A stretch of DNA of 64,000 nucleotides from Candidatus Latescibacterota bacterium (GTDB lineage: Bacteria > Latescibacterota > UBA2968 > UBA8231). The notes beneath the pieces are model-generated. The model saw nothing but the letters and a program-made list of their open reading frames with translations. It had not been told where the DNA came from and ran no database searches. Made by a program: the position numbers and the translations under genes. The DNA is taken from positions 992,001 through 1,056,000 of the forward strand of contig OZ253462.1 of NCBI GenBank assembly GCA_965261395.1, written 5' to 3'. Positions 28,269 to 37,613 of the stretch are shown piece after piece (within the stretch, counting starts at the first letter, position 1; every line of letters begins with the position of its first letter).

Positions 28269-31200
28269 TCAGTCTTCTCTGGGCAGCACGACGACAGAAT
28301 GTACCAGCTTGGTCTTCTCGTCGCCTTGGGCGAGGTGCACCACCAGTTTTTTGCGGCCGTTGTCCTCGCTGGCCGAGAGGTCGGCTTCCAAGCGATAGGT
28401 CTGGTCGTCTATTTGTTGCAACGGCAATGCCTCCGGGCCGCCCAGCGCAGCCAGATTAGCCGTTAGCTGAGCTGGCTCTGCGCCTGCTACCTGCCGCCGG
28501 AGGCGAATCGTCGAGCGCAGGGATAGCGTTGCGCCGGCGAACAAGGTGTCGGGCGGGGGATTTCCCCACGTGCCCTGGAGGGGGCTGGCCTCAATGCGGA
28601 AGATGGCTTGGGTGTTTTCGTCGCTGGTCATGTAGAGGCGGCCAGCCTCGTCAGTAGTCAGCCCAACGGGCTTACCCCACATGTTACTGGAATTAAAAGA
28701 GAAAAAACCGGAGAACAGACCCCTGCCGGGATCCTCGTCGGAGTCGGGCCGGAAGCCGGTGAGAAAATCGGCGACGCGGGCGTTGGAGCCGTCGGGTTCG
28801 GCAAAGAGTGCCATGACCTTGTAGCCGGGGTCGCTGCCCAAGGCACCCGCGCGGCAGGCGACAAACGCGGCGTGTTTGTACTGAGGGGGAAACTGGTCGT
28901 GCGTGTAGAAATGCAGCGCCATCAGCGCCAAGTGGGCGGGAACGAGGACGGCTGGAGGTTCCATGTTGGCGACCAACAGCGAATCGGCGCGAGTCAGTGG
29001 AAAGATCGACCTGCGGTAGGAGCGAATGGAGAAATCGGTCCAGACCCGGTCGGCATAAGCCAACGGCCAGCCATAGAAGCCGCCATCGCGGAGGGGGGTG
29101 ATCCACTCTGGCGGCAAGTCCCGTCCCTCGCGGTCGTGCCCAGTGTTGGCACCCCACAGCTCGCCGGTAATCGGGTGCAAGGTGAGGCCGATGGCATTGC
29201 GCAGGCCAGAGGCAAAGATCCGCCGACCCGTGCCGTCGGTGTTCATCTGGATGATCGCGGACCGTTCCGGGTCGTCTTCGCGGCAGATGTCGCAACCCGC
29301 GCCAACGTGGAAGTAGAGCTTGTCGTTGGATTCGTCGAAAACCAGCGTGTGCGTCACGTGTTCATAGGCTAGGCCCATAATGCCGGGTACTTCAGCGAAG
29401 ACGGTGCGCTCCTCGTAGAAGCCGTCCGCATTCCGGTCTTCGAGGCGGTAGATCGCATCGTCGTCAGCGACGAAGAGTGCGCCTTGGTAGAAGGCGATGC
29501 TGTGGGGCCAACGCAGGTCATCGGCGGCCTTGTACACGGTGTCGGCGCGGCCATCGCCGTCTTTGTCGGGCAAGGCCAACACCGTGCTTTGGCGGCCAGA
29601 GGCCGGGCTCCATGTATTGCCCCTCTGCGGCTTCATGTTGGCCACGTGTAGGACGCCTTGGTCGTCCCAGGCCATAAAGCGGGCTTTATCTACTTGGTCG
29701 GAAAAGAGTTTGACCTTAAAGCCGGGCGGGAGATTGAGCGTGCGATCGGGGAGCCCCTCAACAGGGGTTGGTTCGAGGTGGAGGTCAACCTTGGGCGTTA
29801 AGCGGATCTGATCGGGAGACTCCTCGCCGCGGAGCGTGGCGAGATACTCGTCGAACCCTTCGCGCGAGCCGTGCCGGCGCTCGTACAGCGCGACTAGGGC
29901 CGCCTGGCAGGGGTTGGTCCCCCAGGTTCGGACCTCGAGGCCGGCGATGTAGGCGTCCGCCGCCTTGTCGAGCCAAGTGCGGGCTGCCTCGACGGCGTCC
30001 CGAGCCTCGGCCTCGGTCGCCATGTGCTCGAACACCTGGCCTAAGTGATAGTGAGCACGGGTGTTTCTCTGCGAAAACTCCAGTGCCCGCTCGATCTCGT
30101 TGCGGCCTTCCTCGATACGGCCCGCTTTGTAGCTAGCCCACCCGAGGGCGTCGTGGACGAGACCCAAGTAGTAGTCTAGCCGACCCTCCCCCCATGCTTC
30201 CTCTTCGGCCCTATCGAGCATGGCTTGTATGACGCCCTGGGCGATTTCTGCCGCCTCCTCGGCGTACGGCGTGTCAGCCATCAAGATAAGGGCGCTGCAC
30301 GTTAGGCGCGGGTTGAGCCACTCCTCGTACCGGACCAAGTCGCGAACCGCCTCGGCGAGTTCCTCGGCCGGAACCGGATTCATGGCGCTTAGGGCACTGA
30401 AGAGCGCTCGGTACGCCCGCTCGCGGAAGCTATCGTCGTAGAGGGGTTTTTCGAGGAACTGATAGGCCGCGTCGCAGATGAGGCGAAGCTGATTTTGGTA
30501 CTCCGGCGCGTCCTTGCGACCGATGCGGTCCAACTCGGACTGTAATCGTCGGTATTCCTGTTGGAACTTCTCTTGGTGGATCCGCGACGCATGTCGGCCC
30601 GCGGGAGCCCGCGCCAGCAGCTTCGCCTCGAACGCCGCCGCCTGCTGTTCGTCCTCGAGTATGTTCCTATAAGCCGTGGTGAGCAGGGCGAGGCCACGTA
30701 CGGTCTCCGGCACGGCCTGCCGGTACTCGGCGATGCCGGCCTCGATAGCGGGGCGTCGCTCCTCGGCGGGGAGCTGATCCGTCTCGTTGAGAATCTGCCA
30801 GTGCAAATAGCGCACATCGGCGGAGCCCGGCGCGAGACGCACCGCCTCTTCGATCAGCGCGCGCGCCTCCTGCGGCTTCTCTTGGTATAGATATTCCGCG
30901 GCGCGAAAGTAGCCGCTGACGTGGTCGGGCCAACGCGCTCGAAGTGTGGCCAAGGTAGCGAGGCTCGTGTCCACATAGGCGGGATCCTCCAGCATGTACT
31001 GTGCCCTGTACTCGAGTTCCGCGCGGGCATGGAGGACCTCGGGATGCTGAAGTGTTGCCGCATCCACTGAGTCCAGAAATGCCATCCCCGCTTCCGCGTT
31101 TCTGAACCGAAGCGCCTGAAGATGTGCTGCGGCAAACTCCGGTCGGGGCTGCTGCATCCAGGCGCGCAGGCTGGACTCGGCCGCCTCCTCGGAATACTGC

Positions 31201-31538
31201 CAGTCCCCCAGAAACGCGAGTGCTTGCGCGTAGAGTCCCCACGGGTTGTCCGGCTCCCGTTCCAAGATCGCGTCAGCTTGCTCTTGGATCTCTCGGTGCC
31301 CGTACAACTGCCCGTGTAGCTGACGCGCGTAGAGTGCTCGCAGCTCAGCGTCCTCTGGCGCGCGGCTCGTCCATTCTCGGCCGAGTACGGCTCCCGCCTC
31401 GAACGTCCACAACCGATTGTGCGCGCGCAGTTCCGCTTTCGCCGCTTCCAGCTCTTGGGGCGAGTAGTGTTGCTCGGTTCCGCTCGCGGTGCAGACGCTC
31501 AACAGCAATCCGATGAGACTGCCGATCAAAGACTTCAT
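28269..31538 (-). CDS. Secreted TPR-repeat protein fused to a glucose/sorbosone dehydrogenase-like beta-propeller
   Basis: Signal peptide MKSLIGSLIGLLLSVCTASG; TPR-like helices (DALGWASYKAG); LPPGFKVKLF, ASGLRNAIGL, YGWP, GKPVGL. Confidence 0.8.
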   Translation of the reverse strand: MKSLIGSLIGLLLSVCTASGTEQHYSPQELEAAKAELRAHNRLWTFEAGAVLGREWTSRAPEDAELRALYARQLHGQLYGHREIQEQADAILEREPDNPWGLYAQALAFLGDWQYSEEAAESSLRAWMQQPRPEFAAAHLQALRFRNAEAGMAFLDSVDAATLQHPEVLHARAELEYRAQYMLEDPAYVDTSLATLATLRARWPDHVSGYFRAAEYLYQEKPQEARALIEEAVRLAPGSADVRYLHWQILNETDQLPAEERRPAIEAGIAEYRQAVPETVRGLALLTTAYRNILEDEQQAAAFEAKLLARAPAGRHASRIHQEKFQQEYRRLQSELDRIGRKDAPEYQNQLRLICDAAYQFLEKPLYDDSFRERAYRALFSALSAMNPVPAEELAEAVRDLVRYEEWLNPRLTCSALILMADTPYAEEAAEIAQGVIQAMLDRAEEEAWGEGRLDYYLGLVHDALGWASYKAGRIEEGRNEIERALEFSQRNTRAHYHLGQVFEHMATEAEARDAVEAARTWLDKAADAYIAGLEVRTWGTNPCQAALVALYERRHGSREGFDEYLATLRGEESPDQIRLTPKVDLHLEPTPVEGLPDRTLNLPPGFKVKLFSDQVDKARFMAWDDQGVLHVANMKPQRGNTWSPASGRQSTVLALPDKDGDGRADTVYKAADDLRWPHSIAFYQGALFVADDDAIYRLEDRNADGFYEERTVFAEVPGIMGLAYEHVTHTLVFDESNDKLYFHVGAGCDICREDDPERSAIIQMNTDGTGRRIFASGLRNAIGLTLHPITGELWGANTGHDREGRDLPPEWITPLRDGGFYGWPLAYADRVWTDFSIRSYRRSIFPLTRADSLLVANMEPPAVLVPAHLALMALHFYTHDQFPPQYKHAAFVACRAGALGSDPGYKVMALFAEPDGSNARVADFLTGFRPDSDEDPGRGLFSGFFSFNSSNMWGKPVGLTTDEAGRLYMTSDENTQAIFRIEASPLQGTWGNPPPDTLFAGATLSLRSTIRLRRQVAGAEPAQLTANLAALGGPEALPLQQIDDQTYRLEADLSASEDNGRKKLVVHLAQGDEKTKLVHSVVVLPRED

Positions 31539-31681
31539 GAGGCAAATACCTTTAGAAAGGGTTTTGAGACGGCTCTTCCCAGAGACGATGCGTGAGTAGG
31601 CTGGACAGACACGGAAACTCCGCTGGTTTGAGGTCGTGCTGTTCAAACATAAGGGAAACGGGATTTTGACGTTCAAACGCA

Positions 31682-31737
31682 TAAAAGCAAAAGCGGCGGA
31701 CGGCATTGGGTCAATTCGTCCGCCGCTTTTGCTTTTA
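31682..31737. terminator. Bidirectional-type intrinsic terminator
   Basis: Perfect 21-bp stem taaaagcaaaagcggcggacg / cgtccgccgcttttgctttta. Confidence 0.85.
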
Positions 31738-31832
31738 CAGCCCTAGTTAATCAGGGGTCAGTCGGCGTGGGAGTGATTGGAACCGGTGCTGTAGGACAAC
31801 CCCGGTGATCGTCCACGCCACGGGGCTGGCAT

Positions 31833-32009
31833 TTACGAGGTGGCGTTTGGTCGTTTTAACCCATATTTGCGCATGCGATACCGCAGCTTCTCCGGGCCTA
31901 TGCCCAACAACCGAGCCGCTCCTCGTGATCCATAGATCCGCCAGTTGGTGGCTTGGAGGGCCGCCAAAATTTGCCGCTTTTCGGCCTCTGGTAGTGTCAT
32001 CAGGGGCAT
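31833..32009 (-). CDS. 58-aa stand-alone Fis-type HTH protein
   Basis: Below ORF-track cut-off; AAGGA RBS, MPLMTLPEAEKRQILAALQATNWRIYGSRGAARLLGIGPEKLRYRMRKYGLKRPNATS*; closely matches the C-terminus of 37614..40760. Confidence 0.7.
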   Translation of the reverse strand: MPLMTLPEAEKRQILAALQATNWRIYGSRGAARLLGIGPEKLRYRMRKYGLKRPNATS

Positions 32010-32062
32010 AACAAAATCCTTTCGGCGAAGTGTCGTTAAGAAATGGACCTGTTATACCTGAC

Positions 32063-33175
32063 TTAGCTACCGGCCTTCAGCAGCGCCTTGATTTGCTCTT
32101 CAGTAGGCAGTTCGTTCACAAGGGCGATGCGGTTATCCCGGCCAATCAGGATGTAGTGGGGTATAGGTCCTCCTGGATCGAGACCGTAGCGTCGGTAGGT
32201 CTCGCCCGTGTCGAGGGCGATGGGGAAGGCATAATCATGCTGGCCGACAAAGTCATCTAGCTTGTCGGCCATATACGCCGCATGCAGGGAAATGACGATA
32301 AAGCCCTGATCCTGATAGCGCTCGTATAGATCGGCGATATAGGGCAGTTTTTCTATGCAGGGATGGCACCACGTAGCCCAAAAGTCGAGTAACACTACTT
32401 TGCCCTGCAACTGCGCCAGACTGTTCAAGTCCTCATAACCGACGACGGGCTGTAGCCAGCGCTCAATGTCCATCTCAAAGGGCACGGCCCCTTGCTCCAC
32501 AGCGTGCCGCTGGTGCATGACTTCCTTTTCCCTAGAGCTAATATAGCGGACGGAAAAGGTCTGGCCGTCGTCGGTGAATTCGGCGCGATCCCACTGCAAG
32601 ATCGCTTGATCAGCCGTGGGTTTTTCCAAGGTTTTGCGCTGGGGAACCGTCAGGATCGGGGCGAGGCGGACGACGGTGTGTAGCAGGGCGTCTGAGGGCC
32701 CAGATCCGGCCCAGACCCAGTGGTCGCGTTGCCAGCGGGTCAAGTGCGTGGACGGCTCCTCGGCGGACCGAAACGTGGATTGGAGTTGGATTGCCGAGTC
32801 GTCAGTTTCGGTTTCTAGACCGGGGAAAGGCTCGCTCACCAGTACTTGGCGGTGTCCCGACAGGCGATTCTGATTAGTCTCGTTCCGAATATGCGACTGA
32901 CCGTCTGGGTGGTGGACGACCACGGTAAAAGGATTGGTCTTTTCAATCTGCCCCGGTTGATCCGCTCGCCCAAGGATGGTATGCCACAGTTTTTGGCCAT
33001 CGGCATCGAGACGCCAAGCGTGCAGCCAGCCTTGGCGCAGTTGCGCCTGCACGGAACCGCCGATTGAGGCTGGTAGGTCAACCGAGTCGCGCCAAGCAGG
33101 GGTCGCGGTGGCCTCGGCGGCGACGACGATCAGTCCGGCTACGAGGCCGGTGCAGAGAATCTTAGCACAAGTCAT
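32063..33175 (-). CDS. Secreted TlpA-like thioredoxin-fold protein (WCHPC) with unknown N-terminal domain, copy A
   Basis: Signal peptide; GKVVLLDFWATWCHPC; IPHYILIGRD. Confidence 0.85.
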   Translation of the reverse strand: MTCAKILCTGLVAGLIVVAAEATATPAWRDSVDLPASIGGSVQAQLRQGWLHAWRLDADGQKLWHTILGRADQPGQIEKTNPFTVVVHHPDGQSHIRNETNQNRLSGHRQVLVSEPFPGLETETDDSAIQLQSTFRSAEEPSTHLTRWQRDHWVWAGSGPSDALLHTVVRLAPILTVPQRKTLEKPTADQAILQWDRAEFTDDGQTFSVRYISSREKEVMHQRHAVEQGAVPFEMDIERWLQPVVGYEDLNSLAQLQGKVVLLDFWATWCHPCIEKLPYIADLYERYQDQGFIVISLHAAYMADKLDDFVGQHDYAFPIALDTGETYRRYGLDPGGPIPHYILIGRDNRIALVNELPTEEQIKALLKAGS

Positions 33176-33197
33176 GGTAAAAACCTCTCACTATGAG

Positions 33198-34559
33198 TTA
33201 ATGGGTCGGAAACTTGTCGGTGTCGTCGAGCAAGTACTCCAGTTGGGCTGGACTCGGCGTTTCGCCGTCCTCGCTGAGCCAAGCTATCCGACACTCGCGG
33301 TCAAGGAGGACGGACTGGGGAAAGTTCCAGATGCCGTAGCGCTGTGCGCTCGCGCCTTCGTCCACTGCAATGGGCACCGTATAGCCGCGTTCGGCGATGA
33401 AGGCGTCCACATCGTCGGCCTCCTCGGCGCTGTGGATGGCGATGACGACGAGACCTTGGTCTTTGTGCTTTTTGTATAACTCGTCATAGTAGGCGAGTTG
33501 CTCGATGGATTCGGGAGACCAAGTGGCCCAAAAATGTAGCACTACCACTTTGCCTAGGAACCAGCCTATGCGGTCGCCGTGCTCGATAGGGTTGATCCAG
33601 CGCTGGGCCTCGATATTGAAGGGTATGGCACCCCGGACCAATTTGTGCCCTTGCTGCTTATGGTCCACCATGAAAGGGGAGGCATAGCTGGCTATCAGCA
33701 TTCCGCTGCTGTCCCAGACGTGGGCGTCGTCCCAGTTCAAAAAAGCTCCGTCGGCGAAAGCGCCAAGCCGCGGCCTTTCCGGCACGAACACCGTCGGAGT
33801 CAGGCGGATGAGCGTATCCCAATGGTCCCTATTCGGTCCCAAGGCTACCCAGAGCTGTCCATCTTTCTCCCATTTGAAGATGCCGCGCAGGAAAGTGGGC
33901 AAACGGCGGATGGTGGTGTCGGGATTGGCGAACGCCTCCGGCACCCGTTTTTGGATCAGAGCCAAAATGGCGGTGTCAAGGCTGGCGAACGCCTCCGGCC
34001 CCAGTTGTTGGACCAGACCCGCCAGAGCGGTGGAATCAACGCCGGCGAACATCTCCAGTGACATTTCTTGGAGGTCAGCAGGAGGCGGCGGACCGCTGCG
34101 GTAGCTGTATCCAGTCCGGTCAATGCCGTTCTGGCGGACGGTGGTGTCGAGGCTGGCGAACGCCTCCGGTGCCAGTTGTTGCCGGTGGGCCGCTAGGGTC
34201 GAGGGGAAACTCTGAAAGGTGTCACGGACGAAGTACATGCCGTTGGCGTGGCGCACCTCGATGGCAGTGCCGAGGTTTTCAAGGGTTGGGGGTTGGTTTG
34301 AGTCGGCTTCGGCGAGGATGAGGTGCCAACGGGGAGCGTCGTTTTGGTCGAGGCGGCGGGCGTGTAGCAAGCCATCGACAATATATGCCTCTATGCGCTC
34401 GCCCGGACCGGCCCAAGGAGAGTCGCCGTCGCCAAGGGGAATAGACTCGCTCCACTGGGCTTGGTCGGCCGGATCTGCGGCTGCGGTAATGTAGGGGCCG
34501 ATGAGGAACAGGGCTGCCACCGCGAAGAGTTGGTACTTTATCGAACTAGAAGAACGCAT
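33198..34559 (-). CDS. Secreted TlpA-fold protein lacking catalytic cysteines (WSPES), copy A
   Basis: Signal peptide; GKVVVLHFWATWSPES; FPQSVLLDR; internal PEAFASLD repeats. Confidence 0.8.
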   Translation of the reverse strand: MRSSSSIKYQLFAVAALFLIGPYITAAADPADQAQWSESIPLGDGDSPWAGPGERIEAYIVDGLLHARRLDQNDAPRWHLILAEADSNQPPTLENLGTAIEVRHANGMYFVRDTFQSFPSTLAAHRQQLAPEAFASLDTTVRQNGIDRTGYSYRSGPPPPADLQEMSLEMFAGVDSTALAGLVQQLGPEAFASLDTAILALIQKRVPEAFANPDTTIRRLPTFLRGIFKWEKDGQLWVALGPNRDHWDTLIRLTPTVFVPERPRLGAFADGAFLNWDDAHVWDSSGMLIASYASPFMVDHKQQGHKLVRGAIPFNIEAQRWINPIEHGDRIGWFLGKVVVLHFWATWSPESIEQLAYYDELYKKHKDQGLVVIAIHSAEEADDVDAFIAERGYTVPIAVDEGASAQRYGIWNFPQSVLLDRECRIAWLSEDGETPSPAQLEYLLDDTDKFPTH

Positions 34560-34619
34560 CGGAAGTCTCCTTTGCTAGGTTGTCCCCGACAGGTCAGGGG
34601 CGGTTGGTGGGTGAAGCTA

Positions 34620-34647
34620 GTAGGGGCGATTCGCGAATCGCCCCTAC
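34620..34647. repeat. Perfect GTAG REP-like palindrome at duplication junction
   Basis: gtaggggcgattcgcgaatcgcccctac. Confidence 0.85.
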
Positions 34648-34660
34648 GTTATGGCAAAAT

Positions 34661-35776
34661 TCAGCTACCAGTCTGAAGCAGCACCTTGATTTGTTCGGCA
34701 GTAGGCGGCTGATTGCCGGGCACCTCTATAGGGACGATGCGGTTATCCCGGCCGATCAGGATATAGTGGGGTATGCCCTCGACGCCGTAGCGCCAGGAGG
34801 TCTCACCCGTGTCGAGGGCAATGGGGAAGGCATAATCATGGCGACCGACAAAGTCATCTAGGTTGCCGGCCATATCCGCCGAATGCAGGGCAATGACGAT
34901 AAAGCCTTGGTCCCGATAGCGTTCGTATAGCTCGGAGACATAGGGCATCTTTTCTATACAGGGCGAACACCACGTAGCCCAAAAATCGAGCAGCACCACC
35001 TTGCCCTGTAACTGCGCTATACTATTCAAGGGGGACTCCTCATAACCGGCGACGGGCTGTAGCCAGCGCTCAATATCTATTTCAAAGGGCATAGCCCCCT
35101 GATCCAGAGCGTACCGCTGGTGCATAATTTCCATTTCCCTAGGGCTGATATAGCGGACGGAAAAGGTCTGGCCGTCGTCGGTGAATTCGGCGCGGTCCCA
35201 ATGTAGGATCGCCTGATCAGCCGTGGGTTTTTCTAAGGTTTTGCGCTGGGGAACGGTCAGGATGGGGGCCAAGCGGACGACCGTGTATAGCAGGACGTCC
35301 GAGGGTCCAGAGCCGGCCCAGACCCACTGATCGCGCTGCCAACGGGTCAGGTGCGTGCGGGGTGGATTCTCGGCAGACCGGTACGTGGATTGGGCTGCCG
35401 GGTCGCCGACCTCGATTTCTAGGCCGGGGAAAGGTTCGCCCGCCAGTGCTTGGCGGTGCCCGGACAGACGATTCCGGTTCATTTCGTCCCGAATATGAGA
35501 CTGGCCGTCTGGGTGATGGACGACCACGGTAAAGGGATTGGCCTTTTCAATCCGACCCGGTTGATCGGCCCGGCCGAGAATGGTATGCCACAGTTCCTGT
35601 CCATCGGCATCCACGCGCCAAGCGTGTAGCCAGCCTTGGCGTAGTTGCGCCTGCACGGAGCCGCCGATTGAGGCTGGTAGGTCAACCGAATCGCGCCAAG
35701 CAGGGGTCGCGGCGGCCTCGGCGGCGACGATTAGTCCGGCCACGAGGCCGGTGCAGAGAATCTTAGCACAAGTCAT
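34661..35776 (-). CDS. Secreted TlpA-like protein (WCSPC), copy B
   Basis: Paralog of 32063..33175; DFWATWCSPC. Confidence 0.85.
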   Translation of the reverse strand: MTCAKILCTGLVAGLIVAAEAAATPAWRDSVDLPASIGGSVQAQLRQGWLHAWRVDADGQELWHTILGRADQPGRIEKANPFTVVVHHPDGQSHIRDEMNRNRLSGHRQALAGEPFPGLEIEVGDPAAQSTYRSAENPPRTHLTRWQRDQWVWAGSGPSDVLLYTVVRLAPILTVPQRKTLEKPTADQAILHWDRAEFTDDGQTFSVRYISPREMEIMHQRYALDQGAMPFEIDIERWLQPVAGYEESPLNSIAQLQGKVVLLDFWATWCSPCIEKMPYVSELYERYRDQGFIVIALHSADMAGNLDDFVGRHDYAFPIALDTGETSWRYGVEGIPHYILIGRDNRIVPIEVPGNQPPTAEQIKVLLQTGS

Positions 35777-35798
35777 GGTAAAAACCTTTCGCCAAGGG

Positions 35799-37160
35799 TT
35801 AGTGGGCCGGAAATGTGTCGATGTCGTCGAGCAAGTGCTTCAGTTGGGCTGGGCTCGGCGTTTCGCCGTCCTGACTGATCCAAGCCAGCCGGCAGTCGCG
35901 GTCAAGAAGGACGGATTGGGGGAAATTCCAGATGCCGTAGCGCTGCGCGCTTGCGCCGTCGTCCACTGCAATGGGCAACGTATAGCCGCGCTCGGCGACG
36001 AAGGCGTCCAGATCGTCGGCTCCTTCGGCGCTGTGGATGGCGATGACGACTAAGCCCTCGTCTTTGTGTTTTTTGTATAACTCGTCGTAGTGGGCGAGTT
36101 GCTCAATGGATTCGGGGGACCAAGTAGCCCAAAAATGCAGCAGCACCGCTTTGCCTAGGAACCAGCCTAGGCGGTCGCCGCCCCCGATGGGGTTGATCCA
36201 GCGCTGGGCCTCGATGTTGAAGGGTACGGCACCTCGGACCAATTTGTGATTTTGCTGCTTACGGTCTGCTTCGGCAGGGGAGACATAGCGGGCGATCAGC
36301 ACTCCGCCGCTCTCATAGAGTTGGGCATCGTCCCAGCGCAAAAAAGTAGGACCAATGGCCGGCTTTTCCGGTACGAATACCGTCGGAGTCAGGCGGATGA
36401 GGGCATCCCAATGGTCCATATTCGGTCCTAGGGCCACCCAGAGCTGCTGGTTCTTCTCCCATTTATAGATGCCGCGACCCCCCTCATTTGTCTCCGGCGG
36501 TGGTTTTTGGAGCTGAGCTAGGGTGGTGGAGTCGAGGCTGGCGAACGCCTCCGGCCTCAGTTTTTGGAGCATAGCCAGAGTCATAGGGTCGAGGCTGGCG
36601 AACGCCTCCGGCGGTATTTTTTGGAGCCGATCCAGAGAGGTGGAGTCGAGCTCGGCGATTATCAGCGGTGCCTGTTTTTGGAGTTGAGCCGGAGTGAAAG
36701 GACCGTTTTGGCTCCCGCTCAGGTCAATGCCGTTCTGGCGGACAGTGGAGTCGAGGCTGGGGAACTCCTCCGGTGCCAGTTGTTGTCGGTGGGCCGCTAG
36801 GGTGCTGCCCGGAAAGGTGTCGCGGACGAAGTACGCGCCGTTGGCGTGGCGCACTTCGACGGCAGGGGCAGGGCCGACGTATTCGAGGGTAGGGGGTTGG
36901 TTGGGATCGGCTTCGGCGAGGATGAGGTGCCAAAGGGGGATATCATTCTGGTCGAGGCGGCGGGCGTACAGCAATCCATCGACAATATATGCCTCTATGC
37001 GCTCGTCCGGACCGATCAGAGGCGACATGTCGCCAAGGGGGATGGACTCGTGCCACTGGGCTTGATCGGCCGGGTCTGCGGCTGCGGTGATGTAGGGGCC
37101 GCTGAGGAGCAGGGCTACCGCCGCGAAGATTTGGTACTTCATCGAACGAAAGGAACGCAT
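35799..37160 (-). CDS. Secreted TlpA-fold protein lacking catalytic cysteines (WSPES), copy B
   Basis: Paralog of 33198..34559; HFWATWSPES. Confidence 0.8.
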   Translation of the reverse strand: MRSFRSMKYQIFAAVALLLSGPYITAAADPADQAQWHESIPLGDMSPLIGPDERIEAYIVDGLLYARRLDQNDIPLWHLILAEADPNQPPTLEYVGPAPAVEVRHANGAYFVRDTFPGSTLAAHRQQLAPEEFPSLDSTVRQNGIDLSGSQNGPFTPAQLQKQAPLIIAELDSTSLDRLQKIPPEAFASLDPMTLAMLQKLRPEAFASLDSTTLAQLQKPPPETNEGGRGIYKWEKNQQLWVALGPNMDHWDALIRLTPTVFVPEKPAIGPTFLRWDDAQLYESGGVLIARYVSPAEADRKQQNHKLVRGAVPFNIEAQRWINPIGGGDRLGWFLGKAVLLHFWATWSPESIEQLAHYDELYKKHKDEGLVVIAIHSAEGADDLDAFVAERGYTLPIAVDDGASAQRYGIWNFPQSVLLDRDCRLAWISQDGETPSPAQLKHLLDDIDTFPAH

Positions 37161-37283
37161 CTGAAGCCTCCTTTGAGGTGTCCCTGACAGGGTCAGGGGC
37201 GGTTGGTGGACGGTCTGTTGCTCTATAAGAGTCTCTCGTCCAAAATGCGTGAACTGTTTTTACGGCTCTTGGAATCGACGTAA

Positions 37284-37299
37284 TGCACATTTTGTGCCA
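37284..37299 (-). promoter_or_regulatory. Sigma54 -24/-12 promoter
   Basis: Minus strand TGGCAC-AAAAT-GTGCA (GG-N10-GC), facing the TlpA operon and adjacent to a sigma54 activator gene. Confidence 0.7.
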
Positions 37300-37321
37300 T
37301 TATCACAGTCGAGAACAAAAA

Positions 37322-37349
37322 AATCCTTTAGGAGTTACCCTAAAGGATT
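37322..37349. promoter_or_regulatory. Perfect 11-bp inverted repeat, possible protein binding site
   Basis: aatcctttagg-agttac-cctaaaggatt just upstream of the -24 box. Confidence 0.5.
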
Positions 37350-37441
37350 GGAAAACATAGGATTTAAGTAGCGGAAAAATGTCTCTCTACGAGGCAGGCA
37401 TTAAGTGTCGTTGCAAGCGGATCTACGATTTTCCGTTCAAA

Positions 37442-37484
37442 TGAACGACTTTTGAACGACTTTTGAACGACCCTGAACGACTTT
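37442..37484. repeat. Four tandem ~11-bp direct repeats (TGAACGACTTT), candidate upstream activator sites
   Basis: tgaacgacttt tgaacgacttt tgaacgaccc tgaacgacttt. Confidence 0.7.
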
Positions 37485-37519
37485 TACAGATTAGCTGTGG
37501 CTTCTTTAATCCATAAATA

Positions 37520-37573
37520 GATGTTACGCTTGGACCCTTTGGGTATGGGATGCTTCGCTGCGCTCAGCATGAC
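37520..37573. repeat. Dispersed intergenic repeat (gatgcttcg...cgctcagcatgac family)
   Basis: Similar to 61359-61412 and partly to 63795-63815. Confidence 0.6.
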
Positions 37574-37613
37574 AAGGGGAGGAACGCGTTAGTCCGCAAT
37601 CTTCGATAGGCTC

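Noticed and set aside
31539-31706. Extended start of the 1145-aa ORF
   Set aside because: It begins inside a terminator stem; the signal peptide starts at 31538
33500-36125. Selenocysteine recoding at the thioredoxin active sites
   Set aside because: Codons are TCT/TCC (Ser), not TGA
32063-37160. Possible DGR template/variable repeat pair
   Set aside because: Whole genes are duplicated, differences are not adenine-specific and include indels, and there is no reverse transcriptase
37442-37484. Possible CRISPR array
   Set aside because: Units are only 10-11 bp with no spacers, and no cas genes are present
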